Positions 21,721 to 34,800 of a stretch of DNA of 64,000 bases are shown here, in pieces. Under the pieces are notes generated by a model that was not told the origin of the DNA, searched no databases, and saw only the letters and a list, made by a program, of their open reading frames with translations. Location of the stretch: contig CM119376.1 in assembly GCA_051294905.1 (NCBI GenBank), positions 15,438,001 through 15,502,000 of the forward strand, read 5' to 3'. How positions within the stretch are numbered: position 1 is the stretch's first letter; every line of letters starts with the position of its first letter. The position numbers and the translations under genes are program-made. Source of the DNA: Botryllus schlosseri. Lineage: Eukaryota.

Positions 21721-24700
21721 TTAGAATTCTCCATCGTCGTCATCGATAAAGTCCTGGCGGCGACGTTCACCGCCGGCCCCCATCGGTCTTTGACCCGTGA
21801 TACCCGCAACTAAGTCATCGCTATCTTCGCCAGACAGATCATCGCCGTCATCGTCGCCAATGCTCATGTTGCTGCTGGATAGAGTTTCCGCGTCATCATC
21901 ATCCTCCTCATCTTCATCATCGTCATCGCTAAGCCCTCCGTCGTACATGCCATGATGCGGCCCGCTGCCAACCGCTGGACGATTCGGTCTGGTTCGTTGC
22001 CGGTGCGCCGCAGTCTCTCCCGGTTCGCTACCCAGACTGTGCTCCGCGTCACTGAACGGGCCGTCCTGAAAATCGGTCAATTTGTTAACAGCGATGCTGT
22101 GTCAGAAATGAAGAACAGCTGACAGGGGCAATACATCGAATGGTCAGGTCGATTCACATTGCTAATGGTTATACGGCCAATCGATGCAAACTTTTGCCAA
22201 ATCTGATGTGTTGAAAGTGTAAAAAATATTTAGCAGCAGTCTGGTCATTAGAAAGCCATATACATAACCAAGACTACATGACTTTTGGCTCAGAGTTGCC
22301 TTGCACTGGCTGGAGGTTGTTCAAGGTTTGGTAGGCCAACCGTAATTGAAGATCTATTTCACTGTGTGAGCTAGCAGCATTTTTATATATTGATATTTTC
22401 CCACGGCAACCACGGCGATAGTAATCTTTTTCGTGAACTGAACGCTCATTAGCCGGTAGGAGGTTGCCTGAAATAAAAAAATCCTATTCCACAGTTTTTT
22501 CCACCTACGCGTGGATGCATCTTGTAATTTTTGAAAACTGTTGTGGATAATCGGCTAACAATAGTCTCCGCCTTCTTGTCACGATCTCCTTGAGTACTTT
22601 TCAAACCTACTGTTACTTCTACTTGGACTGGAGTAACAATGACAACTTTGACCACTGCTGCGTATAGGTCAAATTCGGATAAATATTCAAGCTGACAGGC
22701 AAGAATTGACAAAATCAATGTGGTTTCAAAGAGAATAGAAATAACTTTAAGGTGTCATTTCTTCATAGATAGTTTAATTAATTTTTTGTAAAATTATTCT
22801 GTATGTAAAGAATAATAAATTGGTCCCAGCTTGAAGTTCAGAAATTGTACACTGCATACACATATAACTATATTAAAAAAATTGACACTTCCTCGCTCTT
22901 TGCTTCATAATTACTGTCAATGTTTGAAAGAAGCTAACACAAGAGTAGCCTATGTATAGTTTATTGATACGATCGATCGCACGATGCAATTGACCATTGT
23001 TATGGTCATTAGAGTGTGGTGCTTCGATTGATTTGAACAATGCAATTTTCAGACTTCCAGGGCTATTTCAGGGTGGTTCCATCGCCCAGAACAGATTTCA
23101 TTTTCAGGATCAGTGCCGCATAAGTTTTTGCTCAAACCGGTTACATTAAATTTTAGCGCTCAAGTAGCCACTTATAAGTAGGGTGATTTTTTCTACCTAA
23201 AAAATAGAAGATTTTGACCTAAAAAAAAATCAAAATTTTGACATTATTTGACCTTAAAAATCTTATTTTTGACCCAACGTATGCTAATTAGGTGTTTTCT
23301 CACATAATGTTAGAATTGTACTACTTATTTTCATTTCTGGTTGGAACTGTATGTCCTTACGAAGTAGTTTGGCCTGAAAAAAAACAACTTTTTTTGCCTC
23401 AAAAACTGACAAATTTTTACATGAAAAACTTTATTTTGACGAAATCTGGCCCTATGAAGAATTCTATTAGTTAAATTACACATTATGGTAGAAATAATTA
23501 AAAATTTTTGTGGTACAACGAATGATACTTTCCTACATTCTCAGGTAGAAAGCGTCTATCCTTACTAAGTAGCCTGCCAAGAATGGAGAAAGAACGCTCA
23601 ACAGCAGCAATTGTTGGCTGACAACACTGGTGACAAACCGTGTTGCTTCATTCTGGCAATGGTTTCTACATCACAATTTTTCATCATGCGCTTCGTGATG
23701 TAAGAACCATACAATGCCCACGCAGTCTTGCTTTAGTAGGGATTTTGCGGTACGTTGAGCATAACACCATGTCAACCAATTTGTTTCATTTGAATGTTTA
23801 TGATCCACAATGAGCAGACAATGGGCCGTATACAATGGTGGGCCTATAAAGCAGGCTACAAGCTGTAAAATGTCAAACGATAAGTTCACCGACAGTGCAA
23901 AATCTACGATACAAAAGAACTGCAGGGTGCAAAAAAGTTTCAACTTTGTAAACATTTTTGACATTTTTTGAGCTAACGCTACAATTTTGACCTAATTTTT
24001 ACTTTTTTTGACAAGTCAAAAAAAAGCGCCCTACTTATAAGATTACCAATTATGCTGCTTTTACTCTCCTCAGCAGTAAACTACACTGTTTGTTCTGAAA
24101 GCATGACAACCGAAGTTGCCTATCTTTCCGTACTTGTCTCGAATCATAAGAATTGATGCTTGACTAGGATTAGAGTTGTTGGATCGTTGCGCCAATAGCT
24201 ACAAACCTCTGTTCCCATAGGTCCCAATGCGTCGCTGTTCATGATGGTTCGTTTCTCTTCTTCTCGGAGGCGGTCTTGCATTTTCTTCATTGACGTTTCC
24301 GCTTCTTCCATTCGCAGTTGCTCCTGTTGTTTCAATTCGTCGAGCTGCTGTTCCAGGAATGTCATATTTCTGAATTTGAACAAGTACAAGTCGTATTGCG
24401 TCTTCAAGTCGAATTCCAGTATTTCGAATTCGTCCATAAACGCAGGCCGGACACTTTCCAACGTCTTGAGGCGTTTCTGAGCTCTTTCCAGTTCAGTCTT
24501 TCTTTTCGCAATTTTTGCTTCAAGATTGGCCTCGTCGGATGCGATATTATCAAGCATATGTAGGGTTTTCTTTACCTCTTTCTCGACAGATTGGATGCTT
24601 CCCTTTAGCCCCTTTTCGATGTCATTGATTTCCAAAGGCTGAGCAAGAGCCTGTAACCTTGCTTCTCTCAAATCCACTTCTTTCCCCAATAAATCATACA

Positions 24701-25157
24701 AAATCGCACCTTTTTCTGTGATTTCTGTAGAAAGCTTCCTTACTGCCTTCAACTCCTGCAATTTCGAATCAATATCGAATGCTAACGATGCATTATCAGA
24801 ATCGTTATCATCGTCCTTAGAATGTGTGGATTTCATAGCAGTGTAGAGTACACTTGCGATCTTGACAAGTTCTTTAACCGCATATCCATCAGCCATGTAC
24901 AGACGTTTTGTGTTGAGTTTTATGTGAGCTTTCGTGGCTACAAATTGTGACGAAGATTTGATGAATATTATCCTGTCTTGTTCGGTGTCGGTGTCAGTCG
25001 GTAATGTTACGTTAGGGTCGTATCGCTTCACAAGCCAAAGCAATATTTCCGATACTAGAGGAAAGTTAGGCGTTCTAAAATTTTCCATTGATACCAATCG
25101 CGGGTAACCCAGAGCCCTCATCATTTCAGTGAAGTTTCTCATATCCCGGTACGACAT
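21721..25157 (-). CDS. CLUAP1: Clusterin-associated protein 1 / IFT38, ~431 aa, 2 exons
   Basis: Exon 1 25157-24207 starts [32 protein letters not shown] (hallmark CLUAP1 N-terminus). Phase-0 intron to exon 2 22065-21721, which encodes the acidic tail ending DDDDGEF. Confidence 0.93.
23179..24033. mobile_element. hAT MITE in CLUAP1 intron (same family as 6514-7247)
   Basis: TIRs TAGGGTGATTTTT / AAAAAGCGCCCTA; perfect TSD CTTATAAG. Confidence 0.9.
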
Positions 25158-25416
25158 TTTACGTTGATATGGTCAGCAGAAACTACTTCAATGAATATAC
25201 ACTTGTACAGCTGTAAATATAAACAAAGTTTTGAGTTAAGTGGCAGCAACCAGCACACTAGTCAAGTAGTAATACCCTGCAGCCCAATCTAACGTCAACC
25301 TAACATACGTCAGCATCGCCAACTCACCGCGCGCCGTCATCGTCAAGGATCGACAAACATATCCAAACTATTTCAAGCTGTTGCTCCACTATGTTCGGAT
25401 CAAAGTCACTCACTCA

Positions 25417-25702
25417 CAGAGATGGGCATGGGCACAGTCCGGTTTAGGAGCCGGAGTCGGAGCAGGATTTCATTGATTTTGTACCTGGCCGGACTGGATC
25501 CGGATTTTGAATTTGTAGTGACGGTCGGATTTTAGCCGGATTTTTTTGCTGCAATATGATTACTCAGCATTATTCTGGCAGGATTTTTTCGGATTCCGAA
25601 CTGGACCTTCACCAGCCGGACTTTTTCGGACTCTGAATTTCCAATTGCCAGCCGGATCCGGATAGATTCGGATCCCGAAATTTAGGAATCCGCCCATCTC
25701 TG
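25417..25702. mobile_element. hAT MITE ~260 bp upstream of CLUAP1 ATG
   Basis: TIR CAGAGATGGGC; perfect TSD CTCACTCA; CCGGA-rich interior. A relative ends at 47773. Confidence 0.9.
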
Positions 25703-25723
25703 CTCACTCATAGAACTGAGTGA

Positions 25724-26085
25724 CTTCATCATCATCATTGGTTTATTAGCAATTTCTATCAGTTCATTACGCCAAAAATGCGATACAATGAAAAGATGTG
25801 TCGAAGGTGTCGAAGCGACTTGGAGTAGGCTATGGAATCAGACGCCTATCTTGGCCTAGGCATTGGTTCAGATTTGCGAGGTCAACGCCTAGCTAGCTTG
25901 CTAGCTATAAAGGCCTGCTGGTTGAAAATCGTCACATTGTCACAATTTAAAACAACATGAAGTGTACATTTCAACTTGAAAAGTTGTTAAAGAGGGAGTA
26001 GTCCAGGGGCAAGATCACTTCATCATTGGTTTATTAGCAATTTTATCAGTTCAATACACCACAAAAATGCGATACAATGAAAAGA
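25724..26085 (-). repeat. Two ~70-bp direct copies of a retroposon-like 3' tail (AATAAA + (TGA)n)
   Basis: 25724-25796 and 26018-26085 are near-identical; the minus strand ends CTAATAAACCAATGATG(ATG)AAG. Confidence 0.55.
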
Positions 26086-26272
26086 CAGGAATTATCGGTG
26101 TCAGGATTACCGGAACTAGATCTAACAGCAGCTGACTCGATCAAACATCTTCAAAGTGGTCATCGCTGTGATAGTATACAACGTTGTAAATTGCTATAAT
26201 GATAGTCTGTTTTTATTTATTATTGCAAAATTTCGTGGTACGAATATAAAGTGTTCCTGCCTGTCTGATAAA

Positions 26273-27539
26273 CAGAGGTGGTCAGTAACGAACGAAGTAC
26301 TTCTACTTTTTCGAAGTACTCAAGTAGTTTTCCTCTACTTCTGGTACTTACTCAAGTGCATATTTTTCACTACTTATACTATCGTAGTATTTGGTGAACT
26401 AATTACGTACTTTTCTCTATTTTCATTTTGTCAAGTAGAAGTAGTTTACTCCCCCAATAAGAAAGATAGCCCAAGGAATTTTGGGACTCATTTCACGAAT
26501 AGTACCAACAGCATTTAATTTTCATAAAAGTCATGTAATGCCCGGATTTTTCGTTGCGCTTCGCGCACGCAGTAGCTATATGGAGTGACAAATATGTTTT
26601 AACGGAGTATCGCTGAAGGTACCGGGTTGCGTGGTTCCGTTCACACCGCATCGTCGCCTATATCAAATATTTCATCACAGCAAGTATGGCCCCCATAACG
26701 TTTGAAACTACCGTTTGGTAATCTAGCAATTACCTTTTATACCTAGCAGCCCATGACGTGTCCTACTCCGGAAAAGTGGACGTGCACTTTTTAACGTGGT
26801 TAGACCTGTTTTTGCAGAATACCGGTGAAATTTTCTGGACAAAAGACATGAGGAGGACATTTTAGGAGTATTATTTGTATTTTTCTTTCAATTACGAGTA
26901 TTATACGTCAAGTTCTAATCATAGTCTCAGTTCTTTTGTCTGGAGAACATACATGTTGAAGTATAAATAAAGCAAGTGTAGTAATTAATGCCTTATATGC
27001 CTCAATGCCTTATATGGCATTTTTACGATCTGTCATACTTTTAATTGACGTATACTTATCGCGCAAAGTGTTAAAGCCGTATCCGACACAACTTCTTCGT
27101 ATTGCTCTTCGACTGAAATACAGGGGCCGTATAATATGGGGAAGGGCGTCATATGCCATGATATTCTCCCTAACGGGGTGTTCGAGAAAACAACTGATTA
27201 GTATCGCATTTCCATATCAATACTATCATTTACATCCGATGATGTGGACGACTGCTTATTCTGTCAAACATTGACACCTCCTGGGATGCATCAGTATAAA
27301 TCAAGCTCTCTACACCTTCCGCATAGCTCCATTTGCAGCTTTTGACAGTATCCATGCGAACGAATTACGATCGTTTTCACAACTACTTATACTTACTTGA
27401 GTAGATTCAAAGTCAGTGAATTCTACTTCAAGTAGTTTTAGGTCGCTTATGTAAGAAGTACTTCTACTCGTACTTGAATGGATTTCTTTCGTCGCTACTT
27501 CTACTTTAGTAGCTTTCGTGACTACTTTGACCACCTCTG
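26273..27539 (+). mobile_element. 1.27-kb hAT non-autonomous element (CAGAGGTG family F), full length
   Basis: TIR CAGAGGTGGTCA; perfect TSD CTGATAAA. Inverted diverged copy at 58254-59531; older fragments near 7370-7560, 8020-8300, 10700-10870, 29740-29880 and 31510-31700. Confidence 0.92.
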
Positions 27540-27609
27540 CTGATAAATCGACCTGGCGTGCCTATACAATAAAAGCCACATTCATTATCGTCGTTTGTCC
27601 TTTTATGTT

Positions 27610-27940
27610 ATCTCCCAAGTTTTTTTTTTTTTTTTTTGGGGGGGGGGGGGGGGCTGACGAAGTTCTGTTTCGTTCCTGCCAACGGGTATACGCCTGAAGA
27701 TATTTAATTATTATTGAGGGGTCCTACCGCTTTTCAAACACATGTAATTCAGCTCTACCTGTAAATCTGATTACGTGAGCGAGAGAGAGGATAAAAATCG
27801 ATAGCAATATGTATGCAATTCCCGATCACATTGACCGATTCAATCATGAATTATAAAAAATTTTCTCGCTTCGCCCGTGCAGGCGAGAAAAGCTGAGGGC
27901 GGGGGGGGGGGGGGGGCTGTCGAAGTGCTGTTACGGCCCT
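27610..27940 (-). mobile_element. Two tandem family C termini with long G runs
   Basis: G14-16 followed by CTGWCGAAGTKCTGTTWCG twice; reverse complement of the family C start. Confidence 0.65.
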
Positions 27941-28843
27941 CAATAACAATCGATGATGTCTTCGAGAGCATTTATAGTTAACACCATGCCATTTACTAAC
28001 TTCAAAACATAGGAATCGAGAGAAGCGTGAACGGTTGCGTCATGAACATAATTATCAGCGTATTGCAGAATTACAAAACTGAAATTAACGCATATTTATC
28101 GCGTTCACTTTCCGCCTAGCTTCCAGCTGGCGGAATTGAATCAGCTCTAGTACGCAGCCACAAATTCTCAATATTCGACTTCGCTATGGTAAGGAAGTGA
28201 AGCATCGATCTGCAATGGGTTGCCCTGTGGTTTACATTGTAGGCCGCAAATGAGAGCAATGATATATATACAATACATATATTATAATAATGGTAGCCAA
28301 TTCATTATGCAGGTTGTTGCAATGAATAGCACCACTCGCCAATCCGCATCTAACAATGTTAAAATAACCGACATAGTGTGTATGTGCATGCTTTTGAAAT
28401 AGCCGGATGGAGGTATATCATTTCAATCTGGAAACGTTCCATTATATACACACGAGTGTCTTCATGCAGCTGCCTACGTACTCTGTAGCGTGAAATTCGG
28501 CCGACACCAAAAAAGATTGGGAACCACTGGTCTACTGCTAGAGAAGCAAATGCAGGAGCATGCTGCAGCTTTCACTCTGCACTTCTCTACTTTTCCTCTT
28601 GCTAGCTTGGCCAAATTCTTAAATTCATCCATATGTACTTGATATTCTCACTGATATCATCATAACACCACACACAAAGCAGGTTTTTGTGAAGCAGGAA
28701 ACTGTAATTAAAATGAACAATAGAATTGTGAAACTACACAAAAGGCAGCTTCGTTGAGCGAGACAAATCCTAAACGCCATCCGATTCCCACCTGCAACAA
28801 GACAAGTTTGGGATATTACATCAAAAATCTTGCTACGATCCAC

Positions 28844-31800
28844 TTACATTGACCCATCTTCGTAACCACCCTCCCTTTTCCGAATCTTTCTAGAGATCTC
28901 CCGTAAATCATCTTCTCTCTCTATGATTTTCTGTTGTTTCTCAATCTTCTTCTCCATAACCGCATGTCGGTCGACCTTCAGCTTAAATAAGACATTTCCC
29001 AATCAGCATAGATCTTGGACGCTACTTATAAGCGACAGTAACAGGACAGATTTCATGTGACTGAAATATGCCACAAATGAACGGCGGTCGTAGCATGGCA
29101 AGCATGGCAAAAATGAGGTAAGCCATCAAGTTAGTGGCTATTGGACATGAATCCAGGAATTGAAGCATTGGAATATAAAGTAGAGAGTTTTCTGACATCT
29201 CCCGTGTGCGCGGTTGCCACGGAGGATCGTAGCTCATTGTGATCCGCAATCCTGTTCGTTCACCCATTTGAGAACATTCGCTTCGCTTTGGACGTAGTTG
29301 AGGTCTGACCACTTAACAAACTCAGACTTCAAAAAGTGTTACAAAACTGCTGCTACTGTGACTCCACAGCCCCGCTCACAGCGACAGCAATTAAATGGCC
29401 ACCTGTTTGTTCAGCGCTCTCTGCATCTTAATTTTGAGCTTTTGCTGCGGCGTGAGCTTCTTGATAGCGGCCGCCTTCTCCTCGGCAGACCCATGCTTGG
29501 ACAGGCTCTTGATCAGGCTGTCGGTGCTCTGCCGGGACGGCATGATTTTGGCCGTACGCTCGCCTCGGCCGGAGCTGCGCAGAAGCAAGAAAAACAACCG
29601 GGTCATGATTTGCGTCGCCGCGTTGAATTCGGCCTTTGCATTCGAAATACCGGCTCGTATCACTAAAGCTGGTCAGAGTAGTCAACGTAATAACTCAAGC
29701 AGAATTAGGATTATTGTCGTATATTTCTACCTGATCACTAGTAGCAATTTCAAAGACATGTCAAAACTATTCCGAGTACTAATTGAACATGAATATTTGA
29801 AAAGCCTTTTGAAAAGTAGTTTTCAAAAGTGTAGGAAGTAAGTAGTTTGGCTAAAAATCTGTTTAGTAGAAGCAACCACGTGAATAAATAGTACCAGTAG
29901 GTAAAACGAATTATGGAATACCGACCCAGAATATTTCGTTTTACGGTGTTCCTTAGAATAGGAGTCGTCCGACAAGCTGGAGGAACGCGAGCGTCTGTCT
30001 CTACGTCTATCCCTCCTGTCGTCACGGTAACGGTCACGAGAGCGTGACCGCGACCTCCGTCTTGAATATCCAGAGTACCTGTAACCACGTTCGTTAAATT
30101 ATAGAATTCATATTCATGTCGGCAGAAGGAGTTCCTTCCCAATCTTGACATTTTTCATTAATATAGGCATCAATAATATGCAGGGTTTCAATCGACATTG
30201 GTTGGAAACTAAGGACCGACAATAACTCTTGATACCGGTACTTATAAACAGCTGACTATTGTCCAGTCCTAACCAGGTCAAAAATATGGAAAAATCTCAG
30301 AAATAAGGACAATGTGGTTTAAAAGACATTACACTTCAAAATATGGACTATAAGTATGTTTAATGTCACTCCTTGTATGGTATGGTATACTTTTGATTCT
30401 ATCACATTTTCTTTATTATGACTACCATATAGTTATCGTTACAGCAGCGTTTTTCTAAAATTAAAGTGGTACGTCATACTTTGTCAAATTGGCGTTGATT
30501 GAATCTCATGTATGCTTATCATTGTGCAATGCGCAGTCAGGAACAGGAATAGGACATCATATCTTTTTGTCCTTGATGTTTTTGCGGCGTATTCACCGAT
30601 TCATGATATACATATACATGATCTGTGCATATGCATACCATGAGTGCAGGATGTGCATATGCCTTTGATTAAAGAAGGTGCAGAAATAGCCTTGTAAGGT
30701 TTTCCAAGCATCACCCCTCAATGCTCTTCCGGAACTGCTGAGCGCCAAGCGGGGAAGCCACAGATACCAGTTATACTAGGTCTTTAGGGTGACCCAAAAG
30801 GGGATTGAACCCATGACCTATTGATCAAGAAGCGCTACACTATTCCGCTATTTTATCAGTGTTAACGAATTATACTGTAGTTAGTTAGTTAGTTAGAATG
30901 TAGTTTTAAAAGTAAGATACCGGCATAGTAACTCATTGCAGTAAAATGAGCTGACGCATCGAGCATATATCAGAGATTACTTTGTGTGTCGTATCGGAGA
31001 CCGCGTCCTGCTGCGTCTGCGTCTTGGCGATCTCGATTTTGATCTCTTGGACTTCTTCGAAGATATTTTGGCACGCTTCGACGGCGTCCCTTTTGCACCC
31101 GCGTCCTCCCCGAAAGAGGTGATGTACTCGATCCGGGGCTTCGAATTGCTCGCGCCGTCGCGATCGCTGTCTTCCGATGACGACGAATCGCTGCTGCTTG
31201 TAGATTCAGAATCTGTTGGAGAAGCGATCAGACTTGATTCAAAACTGCCAATGCAAATTCCAAAATGGAAAATAAAAATAAGCTGTAGGCGTAACCTTAA
31301 CTGACGCAACAAAATTGTCTCAGACACGGATTTTGTTTCAATAGCTCGCACGGGTCGAGATTAAATAGGTAATGGGCAAAACTCGAAAGCGTTTCGAGGG
31401 TTCAACAGCAATTGTCGGTACAGGCCAGAATTGAGAAGCTAACCGAACCTTCAAAAGACACCAGACTTCGACACCAAGTGATGCAGCTCTCATCTCAAAT
31501 CGGATTTTCGTAACCAGAGGCAGCCAGTAATAAAGTACTTAACGTGAGAAGTACTTGAAAGTACTCAAATCGCATTTGCCATGTAGTGTGATTCCTGACT
31601 ACTTCTACTTCAACAGTTTTCAGTGTTTTACGCAAAACTAAGATTAGGCCATTTTTACTTTTTACTTCCTTTTATTTCTACTTCTACTTGACTATCTTCA
31701 GTCGTAACACTGCCACTTGCAACTTCAACATTGAGTGTCGCGAAAGACACTGTGAGCATTATTCATTGATTTCCGGCGCAATGCCCATAGTAAAAATTGC

Positions 31801-34800
31801 AGCAGATCAATCAATTTGACAAGACATCGCGAGGACACGCGCAATACGTCATAATATTAGTGTCACAAAATTGGAGTGTCAAGAACACTCCTCCTATCCT
31901 CCACTATGCAGGGAAATGAAAAAAACGACCTTCGAAAATGAACATCCAATCACACAAGAGCCTAATCTGTATTACGAAACTAGAGCGTCAAGAGCACTCC
32001 TACCTTGCATTAAGAAGTGAAACGAAAAAAAAACTTTCGGCAATGAATATTCAATCGTACCAGAACTTTGAGACGATTCACTCGATTGCTGCCGAACGTA
32101 ACTCAACACACCTATCTCCCGGCCCTGAAAACAATAGGAAAGTTCCAATTTGCAAGAATCTGACGATTCGAAACCATTCACGCACGAGCCTCACCTTCAA
32201 ACGTTCGTCCTTCAAAAGCCGCCGTTCGCGTCTTGATTTCCGACCCGAGAACCGGCGCCTCTCCGACTCCATGTCCTTCGCGGCGCTCACCTTGTCCATA
32301 TGATTCTGATCGTCTACAAGGCAATCGCCGAAGCTGCCCCGGGACAGCCTGTACCTTTTGGCACCGATCTCATCCATGGCAGTGATCGCGTCCATGCTTA
32401 TTTCCGAGAGAGGGGGTATCTCCTCCAGTTCCTCCATGATATCGAAATCGTCGTCATCTTCGTCCGAAAAATCTAGAAGTTTCCGAGTTTAGAACGCGCA
32501 GCGGTCAGAATGTGGACTAGTAATTTTCCAGAAATCGCACCATGTTAATTCTCTGCTTCAAACCGAATAATTCGGGCTGTTCATCGAATGAAACAAGTGT
32601 GTACGAGACACCGTATTTCATTTGTACTGTGTGCACATCGTGGTACAGAATAGAAGAGCTAATTCTGAGGGTGAGATATAGATATGGTTGACAATACCAA
32701 ATTATCTTCAGTGTATATTACTGGCATTATTTTCTTCCTAGTCGCATAGAAGTTGCATATTTGAACTTTCCCAGTCATCCATGCAGTTATACCATCATAA
32801 TGACTGGTACTCGAATACTCGACTCGAAACCCAATACGGAATGGAATCACGCTGGTACTCTATTTTGCCCGCCCTGGTTGAGACCCAAGCTTCAGGCAAA
32901 AACAGCGAAATGATTTTGCGGCAAAATTCAATCGTGATGGCGAAAATTGTTAGTGTGAGTGAGTGGCGTTATTAAATCGTTTCATCACTAGTTCACTACA
33001 ATAATTATGTTCCCTTCAGCTAACCGCCATCCACATTCTACCAGCCAAGCAAGTTCCATCAAGCTCAACACATCGATTATAGATGACAATGCTTGCTCAA
33101 ACAGCAGATAGCCGAGCACATGACTTCAAAATTCAGGTAAGCCTAATGCAATCATCATAGCTCTGGGCTGCCTAATGAAGATAAATCGTAGCCTATACAT
33201 TTTAAAATCACAAAAAGGTGTGTAATTATTATCATATTGCAAAACTAAGGCCTTATATAATGAAGCATAATATTCTATGAATACACCTGGTATTATTGTA
33301 AGTGTATGATGGTAGCAACTAAGTTCTCAGCAACATGTGTGAAAATGCCATGGAACAGAAAAGACATATGCCATACACCCGTTTGTGAACGTCAATACTC
33401 AACCTTTATAGAGACAATACCTGTTGGGAAAACAGACCCGCAGCTGCTCAGAATTCAAATATCAAGAAATGAAAATAGCATCATCACAAGAAGTTATCTA
33501 CTAGTGATGAATATTGACAAGAATCAAGTATAAGCCAGGACTTTCCAATCTCCGATTTAGGCTCGACTAGCTACAAGAAACACTGAAACAAAAGTGGTCA
33601 GAAACGTGATGGAATCGTAATCACCCCACCATCTGCAGGTTTGCCACGATTTGAGTACTGCGAGTTGGCCTTGTTTCTATTCCACGATCTGTCATTCTCG
33701 TCATAATCGTAGCCTATTTTGGCCTTGCTGTGGGCGAGTAAATGCTTTTGATTTTCCATTTGCTTCTGTTGCGACGACATTTCCGTGAATTGCTCGTCAA
33801 TGTTAATCTGCTTCAAGTGTTGCTGCTCTGGGATTTTCCTGGAAATCACAATTTCACGAGTTCACTAAAATCAACTGCTCCGCCCCCACAGTGGAATGGG
33901 ATCAAAATCTGGAGGAAAAAAGTCAATACAGTCAAATGTGACATATCTGTCACATGTAATCTGAGAAATGTGTGCCAAGAACTTAAATTATTGGTATAAT
34001 GCTGATTGCGGCAAAATGTCCCAAACATCATGAAGTTTATGGACTAGACGGGAAGATCGCACTCACTTGTATTCGTTCCATATCAGAACTCTGTATCGCT
34101 CAAAGTTACATTTCCTCTCCTCTGACGTGACAGCTTCTTCGTTTGCGTTATTAACATCGGGAATATAGTCGAGGTGAGTCCGCACATCAAATCTAAAAAC
34201 GAAATACATTTTCAAGAATGGTTCACTGGCATCTTCTCTTCTAATGCATTGAGAGGTTCACGGGTAATTGATGACTTGAAAATTGACTGACTAGGATCAC
34301 TTTAAATGTGAATCATGGGAAGTCATTTCAAAATTGTAATACGAGCCATCACAGCACTACTCAACTATATACAATATACATGCAATGTAGCTTGCTACCA
34401 ACACCACATTGCCATCATGTTGAATTCTCGTGGGAATCGATAAGCTTGAGGAAAATTTCTCACCACTGACGGATACCTATAACCAGCGCAACGGGGCATG
34501 GTATGGAACGAGAAATTTCTATACTCCATAGGCTACCCATCCCAGACGTTCCATTATGGAACGTCCATACCATAGTTACAGTTTTCCATGCCATATTTAA
34601 TACATTTTCTATACTTTTCAGTTGCCTAATGCCTTAGATTTTAATCTATTTTTGATGTGTGTGGTAATTTCACGACATCAACATTTTACTCATTTTGGTT
34701 GGAATTTTCCCTTTAAACAGCCCTGATACATTTATTCCATTCTCATGTGTCAGCGATACAGGTCGCCTAACCGTAGAGGACAGAATAAAAAGTATACACC

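Noticed and set aside
25158-28843. CLASRP-CLUAP1 operon (same strand, tandem)
   Set aside because: The 3.7-kb TE-filled gap does not fit the abutting genes of tunicate or nematode operons.
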